This document shows, piece after piece, positions 7,289 through 14,759 of a stretch of 14,759 bases of DNA. Position numbers and translations under genes: made by a program. The notes under the pieces were generated by a model. That model saw nothing but the letters and a program-made list of their open reading frames with translations. It was not told where the DNA came from and made no database searches. This DNA is from a virus, in the UHGV virus genome UHGV-0181014, one strand, 5' to 3'. Positions within the stretch are counted from its first letter, which is position 1, and the number at the start of each line of letters is the position of its first letter.

Positions 7289-7840
7289 GTGGGTAACGAA
7301 CCTATTTGGAAAGTCGAACGTCAGCCAGCCTGGCTGGTGGCGGCGATAAAAAAAACGATCACCGATCTTCCTGGTGGTTATGCCGAGGCGGCGGAATGGT
7401 TGGGCGTGACAGAGAACGCATTGTTCAACCGCCTTCGTGTTGACGGCGACCAAATCTTCCCGCTGGGCTGGGCAATGGTTTTACAACGTGCTGGTGGTTC
7501 AACTCATATCGCTGATGCCGTTGCGCGCCATTCTCAGGGCGTATTTGTACCGCTGGCAGATGTTGATGATCTGGATAACGCCGATATCAACCAGCGCCTG
7601 ATGGAATCAATCGAATGGATAGGCCGTCATTCTAATTTTGTACGTAAAGCCACGGCTGATGGGGTGATTGACGCAGAGGAGCGCGCTCAGATTGAGGAAA
7701 ACAGCTATCAGGTGATCGCGAAGTTCCAGGAGCACGTAGCACTTCTTTATCGAGTTTTTTGTGTCGCTGAAAAGAGTGACGCCCGCGAGTGTGCAGCTCC
7801 GGGCGCCTTGGCGAACAACTCTTCGAGTATGGAGAAATAA
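7289..7840 (+). CDS. CII-like phage regulatory protein (183 aa)
   Basis: GTG-initiated ORF directly after the Cro-like gene, the canonical cII position. Sequence such as AAEWLGVTENALFNRLR and size are consistent with the phage CII/CP76-type regulator family as I recall it. Function by position plus weak motif recall. Confidence 0.55.
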   Translation: MGNEPIWKVERQPAWLVAAIKKTITDLPGGYAEAAEWLGVTENALFNRLRVDGDQIFPLGWAMVLQRAGGSTHIADAVARHSQGVFVPLADVDDLDNADINQRLMESIEWIGRHSNFVRKATADGVIDAEERAQIEENSYQVIAKFQEHVALLYRVFCVAEKSDARECAAPGALANNSSSMEK

Positions 7841-8012
7841 TCCGCATGAGCAGTTTAACGGCTTTTAACCGTCTACCGCAACTCAGGATGATCCCGGTTT
7901 CGGGTACTCCGTTGTTTCGGTATGAACGCAGATTATCAAACCGCTGGGTTCCGTGTAACCACAGTAGGGCGGTTTCAATTGTGGGGGTCTATAACCGGAG
8001 GGCAAAACGCCT

Positions 8013-8192
8013 GTGCGCGAACTTAACCGAAGGTTCAAAGACCACCGCGGAGTGTCTGTCCGTGTTATCCGCTGGGAGCCAGAAACACAGCGCGTTATCT
8101 ACCTGCGTGATGGCTACCCGCACGAATGCTTCAGCCCACTTGAGCATTTCAGGCAAAAGTTCAGGGAGATAACGGACGATCATGAGCACTAA
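8013..8192 (+). CDS. Putative small protein (59 aa, GTG start) overlapping the start of the replication gene
   Basis: Frame opens after TAA at 7992-7994. GTG at 8013 preceded by GGAGG (7996-8000, 12-nt spacing). The translation VRELNRRFKDHRGVSVRVIRWEPETQRVIYLRDGYPHECFSPLEHFRQKFREITDDHEH looks protein-like, whereas the overlapping 127-aa frame (7789-8172) is Ser/Ala/Thr/Arg-rich in this interval. It ends 10 nt into the next gene. Confidence 0.3.
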   Translation: MRELNRRFKDHRGVSVRVIRWEPETQRVIYLRDGYPHECFSPLEHFRQKFREITDDHEH

Positions 8193-9039
8193 ATTAACCG
8201 GCTACGTATGGGATGGTTGCGCGGCGTCGGGCATGAAGTTGTCTAGTGTCGCGATCATGGCGCGCCTTGCTGATTTCAGCAGCGATGAGGGGGTGTGCTG
8301 GCCGTCTATTGAAACTATCGCTCGCCAGCTTGGCGCAGGGACGAGCACTATCAGAACGGCAATCGCTAAGCTTGAAAAAGATGGCTGGCTCACGCGTACA
8401 CAGCGCCGTAATGGTAACCGTAATGCGTCGAACGTGTACCGCCTGAATGTGGCGAAACTTCAGGCTGCCGCATTTTCTCAACTGTCAGATTCTGACGCGT
8501 CAAAACCTGACGCATCAAATTTTGACACCTCAAAAACTGACCCGTCGAAATCTGGCAAAAACGGCGGTTTTGACCCGTCAGAATCTGGCGGGGATCCGTC
8601 AGTAAAATCAAAACAAGATCCACAAGTAACTTCAAAACCCTCTTGTCCGGTTGCGGCGCAACCAGACCCTGAAGTCGTGATTACTGACCAGGCAATTTTG
8701 GTTCTGACCCATTTGAACCAGATAAGCGGATCCCGGTATCAGAAATCAAAAACATCCCTGGAGAACATCCGTGCCCGACTGCGTGAGGGATACAGCGTTG
8801 CAGACCTGCAACTTGTTATCGACCTGAAGCATGAACACTGGCACGAGAACGACGAGCAGTACCAGTACATGCGCCCGGAAACGCTGTTCGGCCCGAAGAA
8901 ATTCGAGAGCTATCTGCAAAGCGCTACCCGCTGGGAGCAGAAGGGACGGCCTAAACGCGCTGACTGGGGAGCGAAAAAGCGCGATGTGATGGCTTTTGGT
9001 CCGGTTGAAACAACGATTCCAGAGGGGTTCAGAGGATGA
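8182..9039 (+). CDS. Replication initiator (O-like): N-terminal winged-helix/HTH domain, acidic Ser/Asp linker, conserved phage C-terminal domain
   Basis: 285-aa ORF. N-terminal LSSVAIMARLADFSSDEGVCWPSIETIARQLGAGTSTIRTAIAKLEKDGWL is a typical HTH replication-protein fold signature. The C-terminal ILVLTHLNQISGSRYQ...LVIDLKHEHWHENDEQYQYMRPETLFGPKKFESYL resembles the conserved phage C-terminal domain of replication proteins. Contains tandem iterons; the true start may be 8182 or the internal ATG at 8233. Confidence 0.75.
   Translation: MSTKLTGYVWDGCAASGMKLSSVAIMARLADFSSDEGVCWPSIETIARQLGAGTSTIRTAIAKLEKDGWLTRTQRRNGNRNASNVYRLNVAKLQAAAFSQLSDSDASKPDASNFDTSKTDPSKSGKNGGFDPSESGGDPSVKSKQDPQVTSKPSCPVAAQPDPEVVITDQAILVLTHLNQISGSRYQKSKTSLENIRARLREGYSVADLQLVIDLKHEHWHENDEQYQYMRPETLFGPKKFESYLQSATRWEQKGRPKRADWGAKKRDVMAFGPVETTIPEGFRG
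8478..8640. repeat. Origin-like iteron array inside the replication gene, followed by an A-rich tract
   Basis: Tandem 15-bp units: TGACGCGTCAAAACC (8493-8507), TGACGCATCAAATTT (8508-8522), TGACACCTCAAAAAC (8523-8537), TGACCCGTCGAAATC (8538-8552), TGACCCGTCAGAATC (8571-8585), plus degenerate copies at 8478-8492 and 8586-8600. TGACGCGTCA is itself palindromic. The array is followed by an A-rich stretch (8601-8640), analogous to ori-lambda within gene O. Confidence 0.6.
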
Positions 9040-9917
9040 CGTTAAACAAATATTGCCAGGCGCTGGCGGCACTGCGCAGCAAGCCAGCCCACGAACTGAA
9101 AGAGGTTGGCGATCAGTGGCGGACACCGGATCTGCTTTTTTGGGGTATCAACGCGCTATTTGGTCCATTAGTTCTGGACTTGTTTGCTGACGACGACAAC
9201 GCGAAGTGCCCGGCATGGTACACCGCCGAAGATAACGCGCTGACACAGAACTGGTCTGAACGTCTGGATGAACTGGGCGGCGCGGCTTTTGCCAATCCTC
9301 CATATAGCCGCTCCCAGTATCACGACAAGCAGGCGATCACGGGTATGACACACATCATGAATCACACCATGGACATGCGTGAAAGAGGTGGTCGCTATAT
9401 TTACCTGGTGAAGTCTGCCACAAGTGAAACATGGTGGCCGGAAGATGCCGATCACATCATGTTTATTCGTGGTCGTATTGGGTTCGATCTGCCTGTGTGG
9501 TTTGTACCTGCTGACGAAAAACAGAAACCCACCAGCGCGTTTTTTGCCGGTGCCATAGCTGTATTCGATAAGTCGTGGCGGGGTGAGCAGTTCAGCTATA
9601 TCAACCGCACAGAACTGGAGGAAAAAGGGCGGGCATTTATGGCTTTGGCTCAATTCGCCGTTGGTAAAGAGCAAACAATTGCAATGCAGGCAGCCAGGGA
9701 ACCAGCAGCAACACCGGAAACTGAGTCACGAATCTGGCCTCTCGAGGTTGGTCTGGTGTTTAACCAGGTGGAAGGCGTTGATGTATTGAGCGAGGCCCAG
9801 CAGAACAAACTGAAAGCCAACATCAATCAACTCTGGCTGGAACGAACGGCCACCAGCGAAATTATCACAATTGCGCGTGGTCTTGTTGGCAGCATGCAGG
9901 GGGCAACCCATGCGTGA
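9036..9917 (+). CDS. Phage-type DNA N6-adenine methyltransferase (Dam-like, orphan)
   Basis: 293-aa ORF with the catalytic NPPY motif (FANPPYS) and the N-terminal QWRTPDLLF...LVLDLFADDDNAKCPAWYT signature characteristic of phage N6-adenine methyltransferases. ATGA start/stop overlap with the replication gene. Confidence 0.85.
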   Translation: MTLNKYCQALAALRSKPAHELKEVGDQWRTPDLLFWGINALFGPLVLDLFADDDNAKCPAWYTAEDNALTQNWSERLDELGGAAFANPPYSRSQYHDKQAITGMTHIMNHTMDMRERGGRYIYLVKSATSETWWPEDADHIMFIRGRIGFDLPVWFVPADEKQKPTSAFFAGAIAVFDKSWRGEQFSYINRTELEEKGRAFMALAQFAVGKEQTIAMQAAREPAATPETESRIWPLEVGLVFNQVEGVDVLSEAQQNKLKANINQLWLERTATSEIITIARGLVGSMQGATHA

Positions 9918-11907
9918 GATTATCGTTGATAACTTTGCTGGTGGCGGTGGTGCATCAACGGGTATTGAACTGGCGATCGGACGCAGCGTGGATATTGCGA
10001 TCAACCACGACGAAAACGCCATTGCGATGCACAAGACGAACCACCCTGACACACTGCATTACTGTGAATCCGTATTTGACGTGGATCCGGTAGCCGCCAC
10101 CGGCGGCAATCCTGTTGGCCTGGCATGGTTTAGCCCGGACTGCCGACACTTCTCAAAGGCCAAAGGCGCAAAGCCTGTCAAAAAAGAGATACGCGGTCTG
10201 GCCTGGATTGTTCTGCGTTGGGCACTGGCTAAGCGACCGCGCGTGATGATGCTGGAGAACGTGGAAGAGTTCAAAACGTGGGGACCGTTAATTGACATCC
10301 CGCCTAAACCTGATTTGCCGGAAGCCCTTATGGCGGATTTTATTGGCCCGGTTTACCCTGGAAATAGTCGCCCAGACCCTGCCCGCACTGGAGAAACATT
10401 CAATGCATTTGTCGGCATGCTGTCCACTGGTATTCCTGCTGACCACCCGGCACTGTCAGAGGTTTGTGAGTTTCTGTCTATTGAAAGAGGTAGCGAGCAG
10501 GCGCAACAGCTGGTGGATGGGCTTGGATATGATGTTGATTATCGCGAACTGCGCGCGTGTGATTACGGAGCACCGACGATCCGCAAACGTTTCTTCATGG
10601 TTATGCGCTGCGATGGTTTCCCTATTCAGTGGCCTGCTGTTACCCATGGGGATCCTAAGTCTCTGGAGGTGCAGAGCGGCAGGCTGATGCCATGGCGTAC
10701 CGCTGCGGAATGTATCGACTGGAATGTTCCGGCCCTGTCCATCTTCGACCGCAAAAAACCATTGGCTGAAAATACGCTCAAACGCATCGCTCGTGGTATC
10801 CAGCGGTTTGTGATCGAGAGCGCGTCGCCGTTCATCGTTAAGTGCAACCACACGACGACCAAAGGGAAATACGACTGTTTCCGTGGTCAGGCGCTGGGCG
10901 AGCCTTTGCAGACCATTACGAAAACCCATGGCTACGCGATTGCCGTCCCACACCTGACAAAGTTCCGTACTGGCGCAACCGGGCAGCCCGTTACCGAACC
11001 CGTCCCGACGGTAACCGCTGGCACATCAAAACGTCCAGGTGGGAACGGGCATGCACTCGGGATTGTTGAGGCTGCACTGACGCCATTCCTGGCGGGTAAC
11101 GGTGGTAGTGAATACCAGGCGAAACCGCGCCCGCTGGATAAACCTGCTCATACCATTCTGAAGCAATCCCGCGCCTGTCTTGTTGCGCCAGTGATAGCCC
11201 GCCAGTTTGGGGCCAGCGTCGGCCACCGGGCAGACGAACCGAGCGCAACCATCACCGCTGGTGGTGGCGGTAAATCTCAACTGGTAACGCCTACGCTGAT
11301 CCAGATGGGTTATGGCGAACGACCTGGACAAGAACCGCGTGTGCTGCGGCTGGATAACCCGCTGGGGACCGTTACTGCAGGTGGAAATAAATTCGCGACG
11401 GTGACCGCGTTCCTGGCTAAACACTACGGCGGTAACTATACGGGACCGGGTGTCAGTATGGATGAACCCGCGCACTCAGTGACCACTGTCGACCATCATG
11501 CAGTAGTTGCCTCTCATCTGGTGAAACTGCGTGGAACATGCCGCGACGGGCAACGCCTTGATGTGCCAATGCCAACAATCACTGCTGGTGGCCAACACGT
11601 GGGTGAGGTACGCACATTTCTCGAGACGTATTGCGGGGAAAGTGACGATGAATGGCTGGTAACGATCGATGGGGTTAAATACCAGATCGTTGATATCGGA
11701 ATGCGCATGTTGCAGCCGCATGAACTCTACAAAGCGCAGGGCTTCCCGGATGGTTACGTTATTGATCAGGACTACCGTGGAAATCGCTATGCAAAAGATA
11801 AGCAGGTAGCCCGCTGCGGTAATGCGGTACCACCACCATTCGCCAGGGCGCTGGTGGAGGCAAATCTTCCGGAACTGTGTGCAGTGCAACAGCAGGAGGT
11901 GGCATGA
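9910..11907 (+). CDS. DNA cytosine-5 methyltransferase (large, 665 aa) with an expanded, internally repeated variable region
   Basis: Motif I FAGGGG (DNFAGGGGAS), catalytic Cys context SPDCRHFS, motif VI LENV, motif VIII IRKRFFMV, motif X GNAVPPP near the C-terminus. ATG at 9910 preceded by CAGGGGG and overlapping the Dam-like stop by 8 nt. The ~300-aa region between motifs VIII and X contains about seven repeats of a P-x-T-[IV]-T-A-G-G-like module. Confidence 0.85.
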   Translation: MREIIVDNFAGGGGASTGIELAIGRSVDIAINHDENAIAMHKTNHPDTLHYCESVFDVDPVAATGGNPVGLAWFSPDCRHFSKAKGAKPVKKEIRGLAWIVLRWALAKRPRVMMLENVEEFKTWGPLIDIPPKPDLPEALMADFIGPVYPGNSRPDPARTGETFNAFVGMLSTGIPADHPALSEVCEFLSIERGSEQAQQLVDGLGYDVDYRELRACDYGAPTIRKRFFMVMRCDGFPIQWPAVTHGDPKSLEVQSGRLMPWRTAAECIDWNVPALSIFDRKKPLAENTLKRIARGIQRFVIESASPFIVKCNHTTTKGKYDCFRGQALGEPLQTITKTHGYAIAVPHLTKFRTGATGQPVTEPVPTVTAGTSKRPGGNGHALGIVEAALTPFLAGNGGSEYQAKPRPLDKPAHTILKQSRACLVAPVIARQFGASVGHRADEPSATITAGGGGKSQLVTPTLIQMGYGERPGQEPRVLRLDNPLGTVTAGGNKFATVTAFLAKHYGGNYTGPGVSMDEPAHSVTTVDHHAVVASHLVKLRGTCRDGQRLDVPMPTITAGGQHVGEVRTFLETYCGESDDEWLVTIDGVKYQIVDIGMRMLQPHELYKAQGFPDGYVIDQDYRGNRYAKDKQVARCGNAVPPPFARALVEANLPELCAVQQQEVA

Positions 11908-12290
11908 AACTTGTGCTCCCGTTCCCTCCAAGCGTGAACACGTACTGGCGCGCCCCTAATAAGGGGCCGCTGGCCGGTCGTCACCTCATTAGCGCTGATG
12001 GCCGTAAATACCAGAGCGCTGCCTGCGTGGCGATCATTGAGCAATTACGACGTCTCCCGAAGCCTTCGACTGAATTAGCAGCGGTAGAAATCACTCTGTA
12101 CCCGCCGGATGCGCGCCGCCGGGATATCGATAATTACAACAAAGCCCTGTTTGACGCGCTGACGCATGCGGGTGTCTGGGAAGACGACAGCCAGATTAAG
12201 CGCATGCTGGTGGAATGGGGACCCGTTGTGCCGAAAGGTCGGGTAGAGATAACGATCAGCAGATATGAACCGGCGGGTGCAGCCGCCTGA
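11904..12290 (+). CDS. rusA: RusA-like Holliday junction resolvase
   Basis: ATG at 11904 with AGGAGGTGG RBS, overlapping the methyltransferase stop (ATGA). LPFPPSVNTYWR and RRRDIDNYNKALFDALTHAGVWEDDSQI closely parallel E. coli RusA ([40 protein letters not shown]). Confidence 0.85.
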   Translation: MKLVLPFPPSVNTYWRAPNKGPLAGRHLISADGRKYQSAACVAIIEQLRRLPKPSTELAAVEITLYPPDARRRDIDNYNKALFDALTHAGVWEDDSQIKRMLVEWGPVVPKGRVEITISRYEPAGAAA

Positions 12291-12303
12291 TATGGAGAAA
12301 AGT

Positions 12304-12990
12304 ATGAGCCAGTTAATCGTGAATGGTGTTGTAACAATGTCCAGCCGTGATATTGCGGATCTGGTTCAGAGTAAACACAGTGACGTGAAACGTTCGGCTG
12401 AGCGTCTTGTTGCTGCGGGAATTTTAACCGCGCCGTTGGCGCAGTTCGATTTTGAGCATAACGGTAATGTGTACCAGGAGTATCGTTTTAACAAACGCGA
12501 ATCTCTGGTGATTGTTGCCAGACTTTCACCTGAATTTACCGCCGCGGTTGTCGATCGCTGGCAGGAACTGGAAGAAGGGCAGAGTGTCAGTGTTCCCCGC
12601 TCATTGCCGGAAGCGCTTCGCCTGGCTGCTGATTTAGCCGAGCAGAAAGAGCAACTGACCATCCAACTGGCAGCCGCGGCGCCAAAAGTGGAGTTTGTTG
12701 ATCGTTATTGCTCTGCAAAAGGCTCCATGTCATTCCGGCAGGTAGCCAAATTGCTCAACGCAAAAGAAACTGAGTTTCGTCTGTTCCTTATCGAACGCAA
12801 TATCCTGTATCGCCTCGGCGGCACACTTACCCCCATGGCGCAGCACATTTCCGCGGGAAGATTTGAAGTTAAGACCGGAACATCGAGCACATCCAATCAC
12901 GCATTCAGCCAGACGCGTTTCACTGCCAAGGGAGTACGCTGGATTGGTGGTTTGTGGGCTGAACATATTGCGGGGGGGCAGGCGGCGTGA
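12304..12990 (+). CDS. Antirepressor-type protein (Rha-family N-terminal domain plus KilA-C/ANT C-terminal domain)
   Basis: ATG at 12304 preceded by GGAGAAAAG. N-terminus LIVNGVVTMSSRDIADLVQSKHSDVKRSAERL fits the Rha regulatory-protein pattern. C-terminus FRQVAKLLNAKETEFRLFLIERNILYR...GVRWIGGLWAEHIAG fits the KilA-C antirepressor domain as recalled. Confidence 0.65.
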   Translation: MSQLIVNGVVTMSSRDIADLVQSKHSDVKRSAERLVAAGILTAPLAQFDFEHNGNVYQEYRFNKRESLVIVARLSPEFTAAVVDRWQELEEGQSVSVPRSLPEALRLAADLAEQKEQLTIQLAAAAPKVEFVDRYCSAKGSMSFRQVAKLLNAKETEFRLFLIERNILYRLGGTLTPMAQHISAGRFEVKTGTSSTSNHAFSQTRFTAKGVRWIGGLWAEHIAGGQAA

Positions 12991-13982
12991 GGGCTTTGTT
13001 AACTCCTGAAGTCGCCCATCGCATGGGGATTGTGTTATTTCGTCCCGGCGCGGAACTGATGCACCTCTTCATGCGCGGTCGCGTTCTTCTCGAACCTGAA
13101 CCAGAAGAAATGGCGTCATTCAGTACAGGGGCTGTTCCCGCAGCCATTCAGCCGCTGGCTGATGATCCTGTAATGCGGCAGGTATTCGAGAATGAACGGG
13201 TTATTCAGCGTGCCGGCGGGATTTCTTCCCTTGAGCAATGGCTGAGTTCTCGGTTTGAATGCCAGTGGCCACATTCAACGTGGCACGACAAGAACTTCAC
13301 AACAATGCGGCACCCACCAGGAAGCATTCGCCTGTGCTGGCATTGCGATCACACTTTGTCGGGGCAGCATACCGAACAGCTTGCAGGTATAGCGGCCGGA
13401 AACCTGGTATCCTGGATTCTGGAAGTCATTCGGCGTGATTCTGGTTTTCCCGAGTCGCATATCCTGACGCTTCCGGAACTGTGCTGGTGGATGGTCAGAA
13501 ACGACCTGGCTGATGTTATTCCGGAAAGCGTTGCGCACAAAGGGCTGCGCCTTCCGGATGAGAAGATCCGCTCTGTCATGAGGGAAAGCGACATAGTGCC
13601 TTCCTCGTCAGCAACCAGACTCGTGCAGGAGAAGGCGAAGAAGATCCTCACGCTCTCTGTTGATCCTGAGTCGCCAGAGTCTTTTATGCTCAGGCCAAAA
13701 CGTCGCCGCTGGATAAATGAGACGTACACCCGCTGGGTTAAAACACAACCCTGTGAGTGTTGCCGACGGCCAGCAGATGATCCGCACCATATCGTAGGGC
13801 ACGGTATGGGGGGGACAGCAACAAAAGCCCATGACCTCTTCGTGATCCCTCTGTGCAGAGAGTGCCACGACGAGTTACACGCCGATGTACCAGCATTCGA
13901 GCAGAGGCATGGTACGCAGCTTGAGTTGCTACTGCGTTTTATGGATCGGGCGCTGGCGATCGGCGTAATTGCGAAAGCTTAA
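12987..13982 (+). CDS. DUF968/YdfU-like nin-region protein with C-terminal HNH-like Cys/His motif
   Basis: 331-aa ORF with GTG start overlapping the preceding stop (GTGA). C-terminal CECCRRPADDPHHIVGHGMGG...CRECHDELH is a zinc-binding HNH-like arrangement. Position and size match prophage YdfU-type proteins as I recall them. Confidence 0.65.
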   Translation: MRALLTPEVAHRMGIVLFRPGAELMHLFMRGRVLLEPEPEEMASFSTGAVPAAIQPLADDPVMRQVFENERVIQRAGGISSLEQWLSSRFECQWPHSTWHDKNFTTMRHPPGSIRLCWHCDHTLSGQHTEQLAGIAAGNLVSWILEVIRRDSGFPESHILTLPELCWWMVRNDLADVIPESVAHKGLRLPDEKIRSVMRESDIVPSSSATRLVQEKAKKILTLSVDPESPESFMLRPKRRRWINETYTRWVKTQPCECCRRPADDPHHIVGHGMGGTATKAHDLFVIPLCRECHDELHADVPAFEQRHGTQLELLLRFMDRALAIGVIAKA

Positions 13983-14001
13983 GCGTATGGAGAAGAACAG
14001 G

Positions 14002-14601
14002 ATGACACCACATCAACGCCGCAATCATTTTGAAGCACTGGGTAAAGCAGCATCTGCTCCGCGTAAAAGCTGGCTGGGTAAAAGCATTCTTCTGACGGGG
14101 ATCCAATCCGGATGGATTAAATCCCTGCTCACCACATGGGGCGAGGGTGTGGGAGGAAAAACTGCACCCCGTATGCCGCGGGGCCACGCCTGCTGGAATG
14201 TACTAAGAGGTCGTAACTGGTCAGATAAGGCACTGGACCGCTTCACTGCTGCGTTGAATCAGGCACGAGAAGAGGGATTCCGTGGACAGCAGGCAATGAA
14301 CAGGGCACATAGTATTCTGTGGCCGCAGTCACCTGCCAGTGTGATTGATGAAGCCCTGCATAATGATGATGTCGATTTTGTTGAGCAATGCGTGCTACAG
14401 GCACTGGATATAAACGATCCTGTTTATGTTGTTGGTCTTCAGTATTACACCACTCGAAAAAAAATCTCAGACATCACCCGGGAACTGCAGGTAATCGCGC
14501 CATGGCTGACTGATGGGGAGGCAAGAAAGCGCGTGCGCTGGTGCCTGGAAATATTCAGAGCGAAGACCTTTTTGGCAGCACGAAAACAGTTATCTGAATA
14601 A
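14002..14601 (+). CDS. Putative late-gene antiterminator (Q-like), assigned mainly by position
   Basis: ORF 13969-14601 begins with TTG. The ATG at 14002 has GGAG 9 nt upstream. It sits after the nin-like genes and immediately before a candidate late promoter. I do not recognise a lambda-Q zinc finger, so the assignment is positional and tentative. Confidence 0.4.
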   Translation: MTPHQRRNHFEALGKAASAPRKSWLGKSILLTGIQSGWIKSLLTTWGEGVGGKTAPRMPRGHACWNVLRGRNWSDKALDRFTAALNQAREEGFRGQQAMNRAHSILWPQSPASVIDEALHNDDVDFVEQCVLQALDINDPVYVVGLQYYTTRKKISDITRELQVIAPWLTDGEARKRVRWCLEIFRAKTFLAARKQLSE

Positions 14602-14650
14602 ACACACTGAACTCAATTTTAGCTATTAATGCTATTTCTTGATAATGGAG

Positions 14651-14678
14651 TTGAAAATGGGCCAGAAAATCAGATAAT
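14651..14678 (+). promoter_or_regulatory. Candidate late promoter (pR'-like) downstream of the Q-like gene
   Basis: -35 TTGAAA (14651-14656), 16-nt spacer, -10 GATAAT (14673-14678), in the AT-rich intergenic region after the stop at 14601. Confidence 0.35.
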
Positions 14679-14759
14679 CCATTCATGCTTGGCAGAGCTG
14701 CGCCGCGATGGCAGCGACGAAAAGCGAACAATTTGAATATAACGAGAACCCCGCCAGCG

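Noticed and set aside
7789-8172. 127-aa ORF overlapping the end of the CII-like gene
   Set aside because: It starts inside the CII-like gene in another frame, and its C-terminal two thirds are compositionally odd. It is retained only as a frame ambiguity in the findings, not called as a gene.
8194-11931. Many minus-strand ORFs (60-165 aa) across the replication and methyltransferase genes, e.g. 8194-8481, 9168-9674, 10456-10953, 11026-11475, 11476-11931
   Set aside because: All are antisense to plus-strand genes carrying strong conserved motifs (NPPY, FxGxGG/ENV/GNAV, RusA signature) and tight translational coupling; GC-rich coding sequence produces long antisense ORFs by chance.
12366-14246. 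Minus-strand and alternative-frame ORFs within the antirepressor, DUF968 and Q-like genes (e.g. 12366-12662, 12730-12966, 13349-13729, 13939-14187)
   Set aside because: They overlap plus-strand genes that form a contiguous, overlapping operon; no RBS or recognisable motif supports them.
14685-14759. Open frame running off the end of the window (ATG at 14685 or 14708)
   Set aside because: No convincing RBS, and too little sequence before the window ends to judge; it could be the start of a late-region gene but cannot be supported.
1-14759. CRISPR arrays, IS elements/transposases, rRNA
   Set aside because: No spacer-separated direct-repeat arrays, no terminal inverted repeats flanking a transposase-like ORF, and no rRNA-like sequence. 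The only tandem repeats are the 15-bp iterons in the replication gene and the protein-level repeats in the methyltransferase.

Overview
This window reads as the left arm and the immunity, replication and nin-like regions of an integrated lambdoid prophage in an enterobacterial chromosome. All calls come from reading the sequence and the supplied ORF translations; no database search was run, and family names are recalled from memory. It opens at an att junction (6-54), a 49-nt 3' fragment of a tRNA-Pro(GGG)-like gene. Leftward-transcribed genes follow: a lambda-family integrase and excisionase, two conserved early-left prophage genes, and a LexA-like CI repressor. Rightward genes are Cro-like and CII-like regulators, an O-like replication initiator with iterons inside its coding sequence, a Dam-like N6-adenine methyltransferase, a large C5-cytosine methyltransferase, RusA, an Rha/KilAC antirepressor, a DUF968 protein and a putative Q-like antiterminator with a candidate late promoter. 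The best candidates for an undescribed system are two low-GC cargo genes flanking int-xis: a HEPN-like protein with four zinc ribbons (379-1479) and an AT-rich protein with two C-terminal transmembrane helices (3120-4358). The C5 methyltransferase is also unusual, with about seven internal repeats in its variable region. No CRISPR array, rRNA, complete tRNA or transposase was seen.
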